A stretch of 64,000 nt of DNA, taken from assembly GCA_964416595.1 (NCBI GenBank), contig CAYQES010000003.1:1419-65418 (forward strand), in the 5' to 3' direction. Within the stretch, counting starts at the first letter, position 1. Each line of letters starts with the position of its first letter. The notes beneath the pieces are model-generated. The model ran no database searches and had not been told where the DNA came from. It saw only the letters and a program-made list of their open reading frames with translations. This DNA comes from an uncultured Bdellovibrionales bacterium. Its GTDB lineage: Bacteria; Bdellovibrionota; UBA1018; CAIPTA01. The position numbers and the translations under genes are program-made. Shown here piece by piece: positions 29,983 to 39,316 of the stretch.

Positions 29983-31118
29983 AAATGCTCCTTAAAATGA
30001 TGGGCCGGCAAGGAAACGGTGAAACAAGCGCCACTCCCCGGTATGCTCTTTGCTGTGATAGAGCCACCATGGCGTTCCACAATTCGGCGACAAACCGCCA
30101 AACCAACTCCTGTGCCCTCGTATTCTTGCCTTCCATGCAGCCTTTGAAAGATAGTAAAAATTCGGTCCAGGTACTTCTCATCGAACCCTATTCCATTATC
30201 CTGGATGGAAACGAAACACACTCCCTTTTCCAGGCGCGCTCGAACTGTCACCACGGGAGCGATTCCTTTCTGGTGAAACTTTAAAGCATTCGCGATTAAA
30301 TTCTGGAAAAGTTGGCGCATCTGAGAGGGATCGGCATCGATCTGGGGCAGCTTCTGAACTTCTACCTTCCCACCAACCTGTTCGATGCGCAGTTCAAGAT
30401 CCGATAACACATCAGCTACGATCTGGTTCAAATCAGTAGGTTCAAATGGCTTGGCTTGAGTGGAAACGCGCGAGTATGTGAGCAAATCGTCAATCAGTTT
30501 CCGCATGCGATTGGCGGAAGTAAGCATACGACTTAAATAATCGCGGCCTTCATCCGGAATCTCATTTGCAAATCGGGTATTGAGCCGATCTCCAAACGTC
30601 TGAATCTTCCGTAGTGGCTCCTGTAGATCATGGGCAGCGATCGACGCAAAATCGGTGAGTTCGCGGTTACTCTTTTCAAGCCGATCCGCATATACGCGCA
30701 ACTGCTCTTCCGCAGCCTTCCTCTGAGTGATCTCGAAACGGATAGAAACGTATTGATAGGGCTTTCCGCCGCCATCAGCAAACGGAACGATCGTAGTGTT
30801 AACCCAATAAAACGAACCATCCTTCGCCCGATTCCGAATCTCCCCCTCCCACACCTGAGCACTAGAAATGGTTTTCCACATTTCAATGAAAAACTCTTTG
30901 CTGTGGTAACCAGAATTGATGATGCGATGGTTTTTGCCGATTAGCTCTTCCCGCGGATACTTGGAAATTTCGCAAAACTTATCGTTCACATGAATGATAT
31001 TACCGGCGCGATCCGTGATCGCCACAATGGCCGACTTATCCAACGCATGGCGCACGAGCTCAAGCTCACGCTCCATGGATACAGAAGCACCCTGACTTTG
31101 CTTTGATTTTTCGGTCAT
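29979..31118 (-). CDS. PAS-domain sensor histidine kinase
   Basis: PAS region followed by H-box AAHDLQEPLRKI and HATPase_c (GTGVGLAVCRRIVERHGG). Confidence 0.8.
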   Translation of the reverse strand: MTEKSKQSQGASVSMERELELVRHALDKSAIVAITDRAGNIIHVNDKFCEISKYPREELIGKNHRIINSGYHSKEFFIEMWKTISSAQVWEGEIRNRAKDGSFYWVNTTIVPFADGGGKPYQYVSIRFEITQRKAAEEQLRVYADRLEKSNRELTDFASIAAHDLQEPLRKIQTFGDRLNTRFANEIPDEGRDYLSRMLTSANRMRKLIDDLLTYSRVSTQAKPFEPTDLNQIVADVLSDLELRIEQVGGKVEVQKLPQIDADPSQMRQLFQNLIANALKFHQKGIAPVVTVRARLEKGVCFVSIQDNGIGFDEKYLDRIFTIFQRLHGRQEYEGTGVGLAVCRRIVERHGGSITAKSIPGSGACFTVSLPAHHFKEHL

Positions 31119-31200
31119 TTCCGCATAAACACTACAAAATTAGTGCCAAAAGTGCCATAGGAACCCAGCCAGACCCACCGGGGCTTTGAGCTTTAGAGAT

Positions 31201-31216
31201 TGGCATGCGTCCTGCT
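31201..31216 (+). promoter_or_regulatory. candidate sigma-54 (-24/-12) promoter TGGCAT-N6-TGCT
   Basis: The GG and GC dinucleotides are 12 nt apart, ~90 nt upstream of the sigma-54 activator gene start. Confidence 0.3.
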
Positions 31217-31306
31217 CTTTAGGCCGCTAAAGCGCTAAAAACGCCCCTTCCCATGAGACTTCCTGTCCCACGGCGAGGCGTATTGGCCAACGGGAAAGGA
31301 TTTTGG

Positions 31307-32755
31307 ATGAAAGACCCAAAAGGCAGAATTATTGTAGTGGATGATGAGCAGGAAATGCGTGCCCTGCTTGAAGACTTTTTCCGGGGTGAAGGCTACGAGG
31401 TGCATAGTTTTCCCCTCGCCACAACCGCTCTAGAAGCCCTAGGCGCCGGCGGAACTCATGCTGCGGACCGAGCCGATGGCGATATTGATGTGATCATTAC
31501 TGACATCAAAATGCCACAAATGGATGGGCTAGAATTCACTACAAAACTTCAAGCGCTCAGACCCGAAATTCCCGTATTAGTAGCCACCGCATTTGGAAGT
31601 ATCGAAACAGCCATTCAGGCGATGCGGCGCGGTGCGTTTCATTATGTGGTGAAACCGTTCAAGCTTACCGAAATGAGCGTGAACGTTGAACGGGCCCTAG
31701 AACATCGGAAGCTCCAACGGGATAACACCGCCCTTCGTAAAGAAGTAAAGCGCTCCTGGACCCTGGGGAATGTGATCGGCAAAAGCGATGGCATGAAGGA
31801 GATCTTCGATCTCGTGGGGCGGGTTTCCAAAGCTACCGCAAACATCTTAATCACGGGCGAAAGTGGAACGGGAAAAGAAATGATAGCTCGAGCCATTCAT
31901 CAGAGTGGCCCCCGAAGTAACAAGCCGTTTGTGGCGATCAATTGTACTGCCATTCCGGAAACATTGCTTGAATCAGAACTGTTTGGCCACGCCAAAGGAT
32001 CTTTCACCGGCGCCATACAACGAAAACGCGGCCTGTTTGAGGAGGCCGAAGGCGGCACCCTCTTTTTGGACGAAATCGGTGACATGAACGTGCAACTTCA
32101 ATCGAAGCTCTTGCGAGTAATCCAGGAGCGCAGGGTACGTGCCGTTGGGGAAAACATAGATCGGCCCGTGGATGTTCGCATCATTGCAGCCACTCACAAA
32201 GATCTAAAAGCGGCCATTAAGGACGGACGCTTTCGCGAAGATCTTTTCTATCGCCTGAGTGTAATTCCTATTGCCATTCCCCCTCTTCGCAACAGGCGAG
32301 AAGATATTCCGCCATTAGCTGAGTATTTCCTCCAGAAATACAGCGCCACGAATAATGCCCAAATAAAAGGCTTCTCAAAACGTGCCATTGCAAAACTAAT
32401 GAACCTAAAATGGGAAGGAAACGTTCGTGAACTTGAAAACGTGATCGAACGCGCCGTTGTGCTCTGCACGGGCACTTTGATTGACGAGGCAGATATCCCC
32501 TCTGGCAGCCCGGAGAATGCGGAAGTTTTTTTCTCCGGTGCCATTTCAGACTTTCCCACGATTAGCCAACTCGAAGAGCGTTATATCAAAGTTGTGCTAG
32601 AAAAAACTGCCGGAAGAAAAGATAAAGCCGCACAAATTCTGGGCATGAATCGCAGAACACTATATCGAAAAGAACGAGAGTATGGGTTGGTACCGGCGGA
32701 TTCCCCCGAAGAAGAAGATATGGCAGCAGCCGCGCACCTAGAAAATGCGGAATAG
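31307..32755 (+). CDS. sigma-54-dependent Fis-family response regulator (NtrC-like)
   Basis: REC + AAA+ sigma-54 interaction domain (GESGTGKE, GAFTGA-like loop, ELFGH) + C-terminal HTH. Confidence 0.85.
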   Translation: MKDPKGRIIVVDDEQEMRALLEDFFRGEGYEVHSFPLATTALEALGAGGTHAADRADGDIDVIITDIKMPQMDGLEFTTKLQALRPEIPVLVATAFGSIETAIQAMRRGAFHYVVKPFKLTEMSVNVERALEHRKLQRDNTALRKEVKRSWTLGNVIGKSDGMKEIFDLVGRVSKATANILITGESGTGKEMIARAIHQSGPRSNKPFVAINCTAIPETLLESELFGHAKGSFTGAIQRKRGLFEEAEGGTLFLDEIGDMNVQLQSKLLRVIQERRVRAVGENIDRPVDVRIIAATHKDLKAAIKDGRFREDLFYRLSVIPIAIPPLRNRREDIPPLAEYFLQKYSATNNAQIKGFSKRAIAKLMNLKWEGNVRELENVIERAVVLCTGTLIDEADIPSGSPENAEVFFSGAISDFPTISQLEERYIKVVLEKTAGRKDKAAQILGMNRRTLYRKEREYGLVPADSPEEEDMAAAAHLENAE

Positions 32756-32802
32756 GGCTGTAGTTGGCTCGGAACCAGTAGCTATTGCTACAAGGAAATT
32801 CC

Positions 32803-33531
32803 ATGAAGTCCCATGATCTTCTCCTATTGGTCTTTTCGTTTTTCTCAGAGGCCCTAGGAACGATTAGCGGATTTGGCTCTTCTACTTTTTTTGTGCCACT
32901 AGCTGTAAGCATTGAATCATTTGGATTTGTGCTCGTGCTAACCGCGATCTTGCACTGTTTCGGAAATATTTCTAAAATTTATCTCTTCCGAGAAAATTTT
33001 CCCAAAATACTCATTCTTCAATTGGGCTTGCCATCCGTTGTGTTTACAGGGATCGGCGCACTTTTAAGTAGCAGATTTTCTAGTGATCTTTTAATGCGAC
33101 TACTGGGAATGGTCTTAGTGATAATTTCCGCTGTCAAAATCCTACAGAAAAGCCGCATCACTCATCTCCACTCAAAGGCATCTATAGTACTCTGCGGAGT
33201 TTCCGGATTTTTAACCGGCTTAGTGGGCACTGGTGGCGCCATTCGAGGGATGGCGCTCACCATGCTGCAATTGGAAAAACATTCCTTTATTGTGCTTTCA
33301 GCCGGAATTGACCTTGGTGGCGATCTTTTGCGAGCGGGTATTTACCTTTCGCAAGGAAAGATGGATTGGAACCAATGGTTTTATATACCGCTACTGGGAG
33401 TAACGGCAGCACTTGGAGCTATAACAGGCAAGCGCATTCTGACGCATATTAACCAAAAACAATTTGAGAAAATAGTCGCAGTTTTCGTGTTCTTCAGCGG
33501 CCTGACTATGATTTTCGGTATTTACCATTAA
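32803..33531 (+). CDS. TauE/SafE-family (sulfite-exporter-like) membrane protein
   Basis: ~240 aa with 7-8 TM segments and a repeated G-rich TM motif. Confidence 0.55.
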   Translation: MKSHDLLLLVFSFFSEALGTISGFGSSTFFVPLAVSIESFGFVLVLTAILHCFGNISKIYLFRENFPKILILQLGLPSVVFTGIGALLSSRFSSDLLMRLLGMVLVIISAVKILQKSRITHLHSKASIVLCGVSGFLTGLVGTGGAIRGMALTMLQLEKHSFIVLSAGIDLGGDLLRAGIYLSQGKMDWNQWFYIPLLGVTAALGAITGKRILTHINQKQFEKIVAVFVFFSGLTMIFGIYH

Positions 33532-33542
33532 TAATTCCAAAT

Positions 33543-33941
33543 TTATGGCACTACTTTTCGTATCAATTTTCCCAGGCGCTTCCATGTTTTCTTATCAAAA
33601 CTAAAATCAACCTCTATGCCCACGTAAGAATCGTTCCATTGCTTAAATTGGCCCGTGTAGTACAAAGGTGAATTTATCTTTTCAACAGTGTGAAGCCGGA
33701 GCTCAAGCGGCCGATCATTCTCGCGCAGCAAACGAACTCGAAGGTGAGGAGGTGTAGTTTGGCTTCCACCAACTTTTCTTACCTCCACCTTCTTCTGTTG
33801 TGGATGAACAGAAACGGAAAATTGCCCTTGTTCAGAGCTAATCACATCACTCCACTCCTTTTGGCTACTTTCAGTAGCCTGGACAATCTCAACCGTCATT
33901 AAGAGAACTAGAAACAATACTACAGAATACACAGCTTTCAT
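33543..33941 (-). CDS. small secreted hypothetical protein
   Basis: Signal peptide MKAVYSVVLFLVLLMTVEIVQA. Confidence 0.45.
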   Translation of the reverse strand: MKAVYSVVLFLVLLMTVEIVQATESSQKEWSDVISSEQGQFSVSVHPQQKKVEVRKVGGSQTTPPHLRVRLLRENDRPLELRLHTVEKINSPLYYTGQFKQWNDSYVGIEVDFSFDKKTWKRLGKLIRKVVP

Positions 33942-33989
33942 TTGACCTCCCCAATTTCTGACCCCGCCTTACGATCCAAAATCAATAAT

Positions 33990-35357
33990 CTAATCTATGA
34001 GCTGCACTCGCTCCAAGGGCTTCGGAACAGTGACTTTCCACCGGAGAACATCGTGAATCTTCACTCGTATGGCATCTGCGGCTTGCGGCTCTCCGTGAAC
34101 AATAAAAGTGTTTTTCGGAGTATCTTTGAACCCTTTCAGCCAATCCAACGTCTCCGCCTGATCTGCGTGGGCTGAAAGTCCCGATAGCTCCCGAATTTCT
34201 GCTCGAACCGAAAAATACCGGCCGTGCATTTTGATTTCCGGTGCGCCCTCTTTTAAGAGTCGCCCTCGGGTGCCAGCGGCCTGAAAGCCCACAAGTAAAA
34301 CCGTGTTCCGGGGGTCACCGATTCGACTCGCCAAATGGTGGACAATTCGGCCGCCGGATACCATTCCACTGCCAGCAATCACAATGCTGCTTGATTTTGC
34401 CGCGAGAAGATCTTTTGATTGTTGCCTGCTCTTAATGATTGTGGCCACTTTTGAGAAAACAGGTTGCCCTTTGACATACTTTTTTCTCCACTCGGGAAAT
34501 CGCACATAAATTTCCGTGGCATCCTCCGCCAATGGACTATCTAAATAAATAGGAATATTCGGAATACGACAATCCCGCTTTAAAACGGCGAGAAGGTGCA
34601 AAAGATCCTGGGTTCTTCCCACCGCAAAACTAGGGATCAAAAGATGGCCATGCTTGGCTATAGTATCCATCACAACTTTTGCCAGCGCCTCCATCACAGA
34701 TTCTTCCGGATGCAGGCGATCGCCGTAAGTAGATTCAAGCACTAAGAAATCTGCGCGTTCTAATGAAATTCTGGGAGCCAAAATGAGCGGATCATTTCGG
34801 CCTAAATCGCCCGAAAAAACAATTCGTTTGCCTTGAATCTCTATTTCTACAAAAGCCGATCCCAATATATGCCCACTGTTCTGGAATCGAAATTTCACTC
34901 CAGGTATTTCTTGGTGCCAAGAATCAATCGGCAACTCTTTCACACTCTTGAGCAAGCTATGTACATCCGTTGTGGAAAATAAGGGTAAGGCCGGAGCATG
35001 TTTAGAGTATCCCTTTTGATTGGCATACTCGGCATCTTCTTCTTCGATATTCGCCGCATCCAAAAGTAGAATCCGGGCGAGTTCTCTAGTTGGCGCTGTA
35101 CAATAGACTTTTCCCTGAAAGCCGTTACGCTTCAGTAAAGGTAAATATCCGCTATGATCCAGATGCGCGTGGGTGAGTATTACGGCTTCAATGGTAGAAG
35201 GATCAACGGGAAAAGGTTGTCTATTCTGGAGCCGCAGCTCTTTTAAACCCTGAAATAAACCGCAATCAACGAGAATGCGTCGGCCATCAAATTCCAAGAG
35301 GTGCCGCGATCCCGTCACAGTTCCTGCTGCCCCGAGAAATTGAATGGCTAGCGACAT
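33990..35357 (-). CDS. MBL-fold beta-CASP ribonuclease (RNase J / CPSF-like)
   Basis: HAHLDHSG motif plus downstream beta-CASP region. Start taken at MSLAIQFLG. Confidence 0.75.
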   Translation of the reverse strand: MSLAIQFLGAAGTVTGSRHLLEFDGRRILVDCGLFQGLKELRLQNRQPFPVDPSTIEAVILTHAHLDHSGYLPLLKRNGFQGKVYCTAPTRELARILLLDAANIEEEDAEYANQKGYSKHAPALPLFSTTDVHSLLKSVKELPIDSWHQEIPGVKFRFQNSGHILGSAFVEIEIQGKRIVFSGDLGRNDPLILAPRISLERADFLVLESTYGDRLHPEESVMEALAKVVMDTIAKHGHLLIPSFAVGRTQDLLHLLAVLKRDCRIPNIPIYLDSPLAEDATEIYVRFPEWRKKYVKGQPVFSKVATIIKSRQQSKDLLAAKSSSIVIAGSGMVSGGRIVHHLASRIGDPRNTVLLVGFQAAGTRGRLLKEGAPEIKMHGRYFSVRAEIRELSGLSAHADQAETLDWLKGFKDTPKNTFIVHGEPQAADAIRVKIHDVLRWKVTVPKPLERVQLID

Positions 35358-35367
35358 GCGTACACCC

Positions 35368-35586
35368 CTAGGCGCCAATCCTCATATGACCCATATAATC
35401 GTTACCTTCGAAAGCGATCTCAAATTTTTGGATCGTGCTAAAGTTCTTCGAACGCAAGAAAATTTCGAGCTCATCTTTGAGTTGCTTTAGGTAAGCCACT
35501 TCGAAGTAGCTCGGACCTTTTGCAAAATCCAGATTGCCAGTTTCTACTGCAGCGTGTTCTTCCATATTCATTTTCAATGCCCGCAT
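35368..35586 (-). CDS. small hypothetical protein
   Basis: 72-aa ORF between the CBS and MBL genes on the same strand. Confidence 0.3.
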   Translation of the reverse strand: MRALKMNMEEHAAVETGNLDFAKGPSYFEVAYLKQLKDELEIFLRSKNFSTIQKFEIAFEGNDYMGHMRIGA

Positions 35587-35649
35587 GATTTTTCCCCTTA
35601 TATTGTTTGAGTTCCGACCTTCCTATTTCAAAACCCATGCCAATCCATT

Positions 35650-36138
35650 CTAGATTCCTGCTGCACTGGCCTCACGAACAAACTCTTGAACATAAGGTGT
35701 ATAGGCAAAATCCAATAGTGTGAGCTGGGATTTCAGTTCATTTTCTTTAAGCAAGTCACGAAAGGCCTTAAGCATATCTTCACTAGTTGTAATACCAGCG
35801 AGCATATTGTTTTTCGTGACTACCAGGGCTGAGATTTTCTGGTCGATCATTGTATCGAGAACTTTTACCAATGATTCGTTCACATCAACGGTAAGTACGG
35901 GCCAATTCATGAAATCCGCTACCATATACTCTTTGGGGATTTGATCGGATCTCGTGTTTGTGGCGCGCTTCACATCCCGATCCGACAATATACCAACCAG
36001 AACTCCATCTTCTCCTATTACCGGCAAGTGTCGAATCCGATATTCCTCCATAAACTTCCTCGCGGTCGCCATCGAGTGGTTCCAGCGCACGGATAAAATA
36101 GATTTCGTCATATTTTTTTCTAGAACTACCTGCTTCAT
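35650..36138 (-). CDS. CBS-pair domain protein
   Basis: Two CBS motifs. Start at MKQVV, preceded by a GGGGGG RBS. Confidence 0.65.
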   Translation of the reverse strand: MKQVVLEKNMTKSILSVRWNHSMATARKFMEEYRIRHLPVIGEDGVLVGILSDRDVKRATNTRSDQIPKEYMVADFMNWPVLTVDVNESLVKVLDTMIDQKISALVVTKNNMLAGITTSEDMLKAFRDLLKENELKSQLTLLDFAYTPYVQEFVREASAAGI

Positions 36139-36513
36139 GAGACCCCCCATTAATATACCTAGGTTAACGCAAGATCGAGGCCACCCTCCCAAGCAGCAAA
36201 AACATTTATCAATGAACTCCCAAGGGACAATACGTCTCATAAATTGCGCAGTAGGAGCCATAACAACCCCTCTTCGTTCAAATAGCTATAATTGGGCTAA
36301 GGATCTGATGGCACTCTCATTGCAATTTCTTTTGGTGAAATTACCTACGGGCAGGTGGTCGCTAATGATGAGAACAAGCATTAATTTTACAATAAGAATC
36401 GCCACACTTGTTTCTGCCCTACTGGTGCTTCCTTTAGTCGTAAATGTGGCGGCCACCATGCTGCTATGGGCATTAAACTGACAATGGTTAAACAGAACAA
36501 TATAAGGAGCAAT

Positions 36514-36702
36514 ATGAAACAGAATATAAAACCTTGGGATAGAGGCGTTCGAATGATTCTAGGTGTTATGGCCCTTGCACTTGTGTTCCTGGGGCCCCAA
36601 ACCGCTTGGGGTTATCTTGGATTGATTGCTATCGTTTCGGCTTTATCCGGATTTTGTCCTTTGTACCGAATCCTAGGAATTAGAAATTGTCGCATAGACT
36701 AG
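36514..36702 (+). CDS. DUF2892-like small membrane protein (YgaP-like)
   Basis: ~60 aa with two TM segments and a conserved GFCPLY motif. RBS AGGAG. Confidence 0.5.
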   Translation: MKQNIKPWDRGVRMILGVMALALVFLGPQTAWGYLGLIAIVSALSGFCPLYRILGIRNCRID

Positions 36703-36760
36703 ATAGCTATATTTATGAAAAAAATTGCCATCGTATATTGGACTAAGCAATCTTTTGAGC

Positions 36761-37882
36761 CTAACCAAACTCCTGAAACTCCGCCCCCGCGGGCTTACGC
36801 TTTTCCACCACCATCCTCAGCACCTCATGATGGGCTTCACAGCCAATGATGGAAAGTTCATCCATCCGCGGGCGATTATAGGGCAAGAGCATCCGCTGCT
36901 TCACTTCCTTGATGCGAGCATAAGAAGCTTCCACATTTTCTTTCGAGATCCGGCCTTCAGATAAGAAACGGAAAGCTGTATCCATAGCTTTTCGGCCCTT
37001 ATCTTCGTGGCGGTAGAGCACAATATCGCAACCGGCATTGATGGCAAGGGCGATCATGTCGTCCTCACCGAAGTGCTTGGCCACGGCATCCATTTGCATA
37101 TCGTCGGTGATGACCAAACGATTGTAGCGAAGTTTTTTTCGTAAACCATTCGTGATCGTGCTGAGAGAAAGCGTGGCGGGATAGATTGGATCTAAGGCCG
37201 TATTGAGAATATGGGCGGTCATGATCATGTCCACCCGGCTACGGATCGCGCGCACGAAGGGTTTTAATTCCCGCTCCATGAGCTTTTCCCAAGAAACATC
37301 CATTTTCGGTAACTCAAAGTGGGAATCCACGGTGGTATCGCCGTGCCCGGGGAAATGTTTTGCACAAGCGATCACACCATTGGCGATAAAACCTCGCACC
37401 ATGGCGCTCGACATGCGGGAAACAAGCTCATCATCCATGCCAAAAGCCCGGCGGCCGATCACGGGATTATTGGCCCGGGTGTGGATATCACAAAGCGGAT
37501 GATAATCGATATTCACGCCCACGGCCCTGAGTTCCTTAGCCATCACTTCGGCCACGAGAAATGCTAACTTTGGTGAACCGATATCACCAATCTCCACGGG
37601 CTCTGGAAAATGGGTGAAGGGTTTACGAAAGCGTTGCACTTTGCCGCCTTCATGATCCACGGATATAAACAAAGGTAAATTAGCTTCACGATCCCGAGTG
37701 TTTTGGATATTTTCACTCATCTCCGCAACGAGCGCTGGCGATTCGTAATTTTGCGCAAAATAGATAATACCGCCAGGCTGGTAATCGGTAAGAAATTCCT
37801 GGCTCGCTTCGCTCAATTCTGTGCCCGGTATCCCGAGGATAAACATCTGGGCCAATTTCTTTTCTAGTTCACTTCTCGCCAT
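36761..37882 (-). CDS. nagZ: beta-N-acetylhexosaminidase (GH3, NagZ)
   Basis: GH3 N-terminal domain with KHFPGHGDT and catalytic Asp region. Confidence 0.85.
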   Translation of the reverse strand: MARSELEKKLAQMFILGIPGTELSEASQEFLTDYQPGGIIYFAQNYESPALVAEMSENIQNTRDREANLPLFISVDHEGGKVQRFRKPFTHFPEPVEIGDIGSPKLAFLVAEVMAKELRAVGVNIDYHPLCDIHTRANNPVIGRRAFGMDDELVSRMSSAMVRGFIANGVIACAKHFPGHGDTTVDSHFELPKMDVSWEKLMERELKPFVRAIRSRVDMIMTAHILNTALDPIYPATLSLSTITNGLRKKLRYNRLVITDDMQMDAVAKHFGEDDMIALAINAGCDIVLYRHEDKGRKAMDTAFRFLSEGRISKENVEASYARIKEVKQRMLLPYNRPRMDELSIIGCEAHHEVLRMVVEKRKPAGAEFQEFG

Positions 37883-37978
37883 TCCTACTCCTTAATCCTT
37901 ACAGTGTAGCGTAAACCCGCCCACAATGCGTATGGGCAAAGAAAATTACAAGCTTCCGTGTTGGCGAAAGAAAGGAGC

Positions 37979-39313
37979 TTAAGTCCGAATCCCAAGTTCT
38001 TTGATCTTAATCTGCAAGCCCTTACGGGAGATGCCCAAATGTTCGGCGGTGCGGGTGATATTACCGTCCATTTCCTCGAGGGCCTTTTCGATTAAATCTT
38101 TTTCTAAATTTTGGGTTTGCCGGCGTACGATTTCCCGGAAACTTGCGCCATCGGGCATAGAACTACGATCAATTTCGGGGCGCAGCTTCAGCAAGATATC
38201 TTCATCTTTCAGTTCCGTGCCCTCGGAAAGCAGCATCATTCTTTCGAGCACATGTTCTAGTTGCCGCAGATTCCCTGGCCAATAGGCCTTGGCAAAAGCT
38301 TCCAAACAATTTTTACTTATGGAAGTAAAAGAACGATTGAGTTTATGATTTAAACGCCGGATGAAAAAATCCGTAAGATCCGGCAAATCCTCCTTCCGCT
38401 CTCTTAAGGGCGGCAACACAAATGGCATCACATTGATTTTGTAAAATAATTCAGGCAAGAAACGGCCCTCGGCCACCTCTTTGGATAGATCTTCACGGCT
38501 CGAAACAATCAAGCGCAAATCCACACTTTTTCTCTCGCGGGTAAGCGGGTTTTCAAAAGTACCCATTTCCAAAAATTCCAACAAACGCGCTTGCACTTCG
38601 GGTCCGATTTCGGAGATTTCATCGAGAAAAAGTGTGCCTTTATGGGCTAATTCAAAACGTCCGGGTTTTTGCCCACCGAAAAGTTCTGTTTCCAAAGCTA
38701 AAGAAGAAATGGCGGCGCAATTTACTTTCAACAAGGGCTGAAAAGAGCGATCCGATAAACGGTGAATCTCTTCGGCTAAGAATTCCTTTCCCGTGCCCGC
38801 TTCTCCCAAGATCAACACCGTGGAGGGTGTCGCAGCCACTTTACGCACATTATCCCACAAGCCTTTCAAGGATTTTCCAGAAAGAAGAGGCGCATTGGAA
38901 AACTCGAGCTCCACACGATCTAAGGAAAACTGCCGGAGGCGCCCGGTGTTCACGGCTTTTTGCAGTACGGAAACGATTTCCGATTGCTCAAAAGGTTTTG
39001 TCACATAATCAAAAGCTCCGCGCTTAATCGCATCCACGGCGGAATCCACGGTGCCAAAGGCTGTGATAATCACCACGGGCAAGCTTGGATACAAACGCTT
39101 TACTTCTTCCAAAAAAGCCATGCCGTCGATATCGGGCATATAAAGATCCGTAATCGCAGCGTCAAAAGATCGGGTGCGCAGGGCACTCAAAGCATCCCGG
39201 GGATCCGTAAACCCCTCCACCAAAAACCCCCGTTTTTCCAAAATGGCTTTCAGCACCGTAACGATATTTTTTTCGTCGTCCAGAACTAAAATGGAAGCTC
39301 TCTCTTCTTGCAT
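37979..39313 (-). CDS. sigma-54-dependent response regulator
   Basis: REC + AAA+ (GEAGTGKE, ELFGG) + HTH. Confidence 0.85.
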   Translation of the reverse strand: MQEERASILVLDDEKNIVTVLKAILEKRGFLVEGFTDPRDALSALRTRSFDAAITDLYMPDIDGMAFLEEVKRLYPSLPVVIITAFGTVDSAVDAIKRGAFDYVTKPFEQSEIVSVLQKAVNTGRLRQFSLDRVELEFSNAPLLSGKSLKGLWDNVRKVAATPSTVLILGEAGTGKEFLAEEIHRLSDRSFQPLLKVNCAAISSLALETELFGGQKPGRFELAHKGTLFLDEISEIGPEVQARLLEFLEMGTFENPLTRERKSVDLRLIVSSREDLSKEVAEGRFLPELFYKINVMPFVLPPLRERKEDLPDLTDFFIRRLNHKLNRSFTSISKNCLEAFAKAYWPGNLRQLEHVLERMMLLSEGTELKDEDILLKLRPEIDRSSMPDGASFREIVRRQTQNLEKDLIEKALEEMDGNITRTAEHLGISRKGLQIKIKELGIRT

Positions 39314-39316
39314 GAA

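Noticed and set aside
35954-36481. 175-aa plus-strand ORF antisense to the CBS-pair gene
   Set aside because: It is antisense to a well-supported CBS gene with a strong RBS and has no features of its own.
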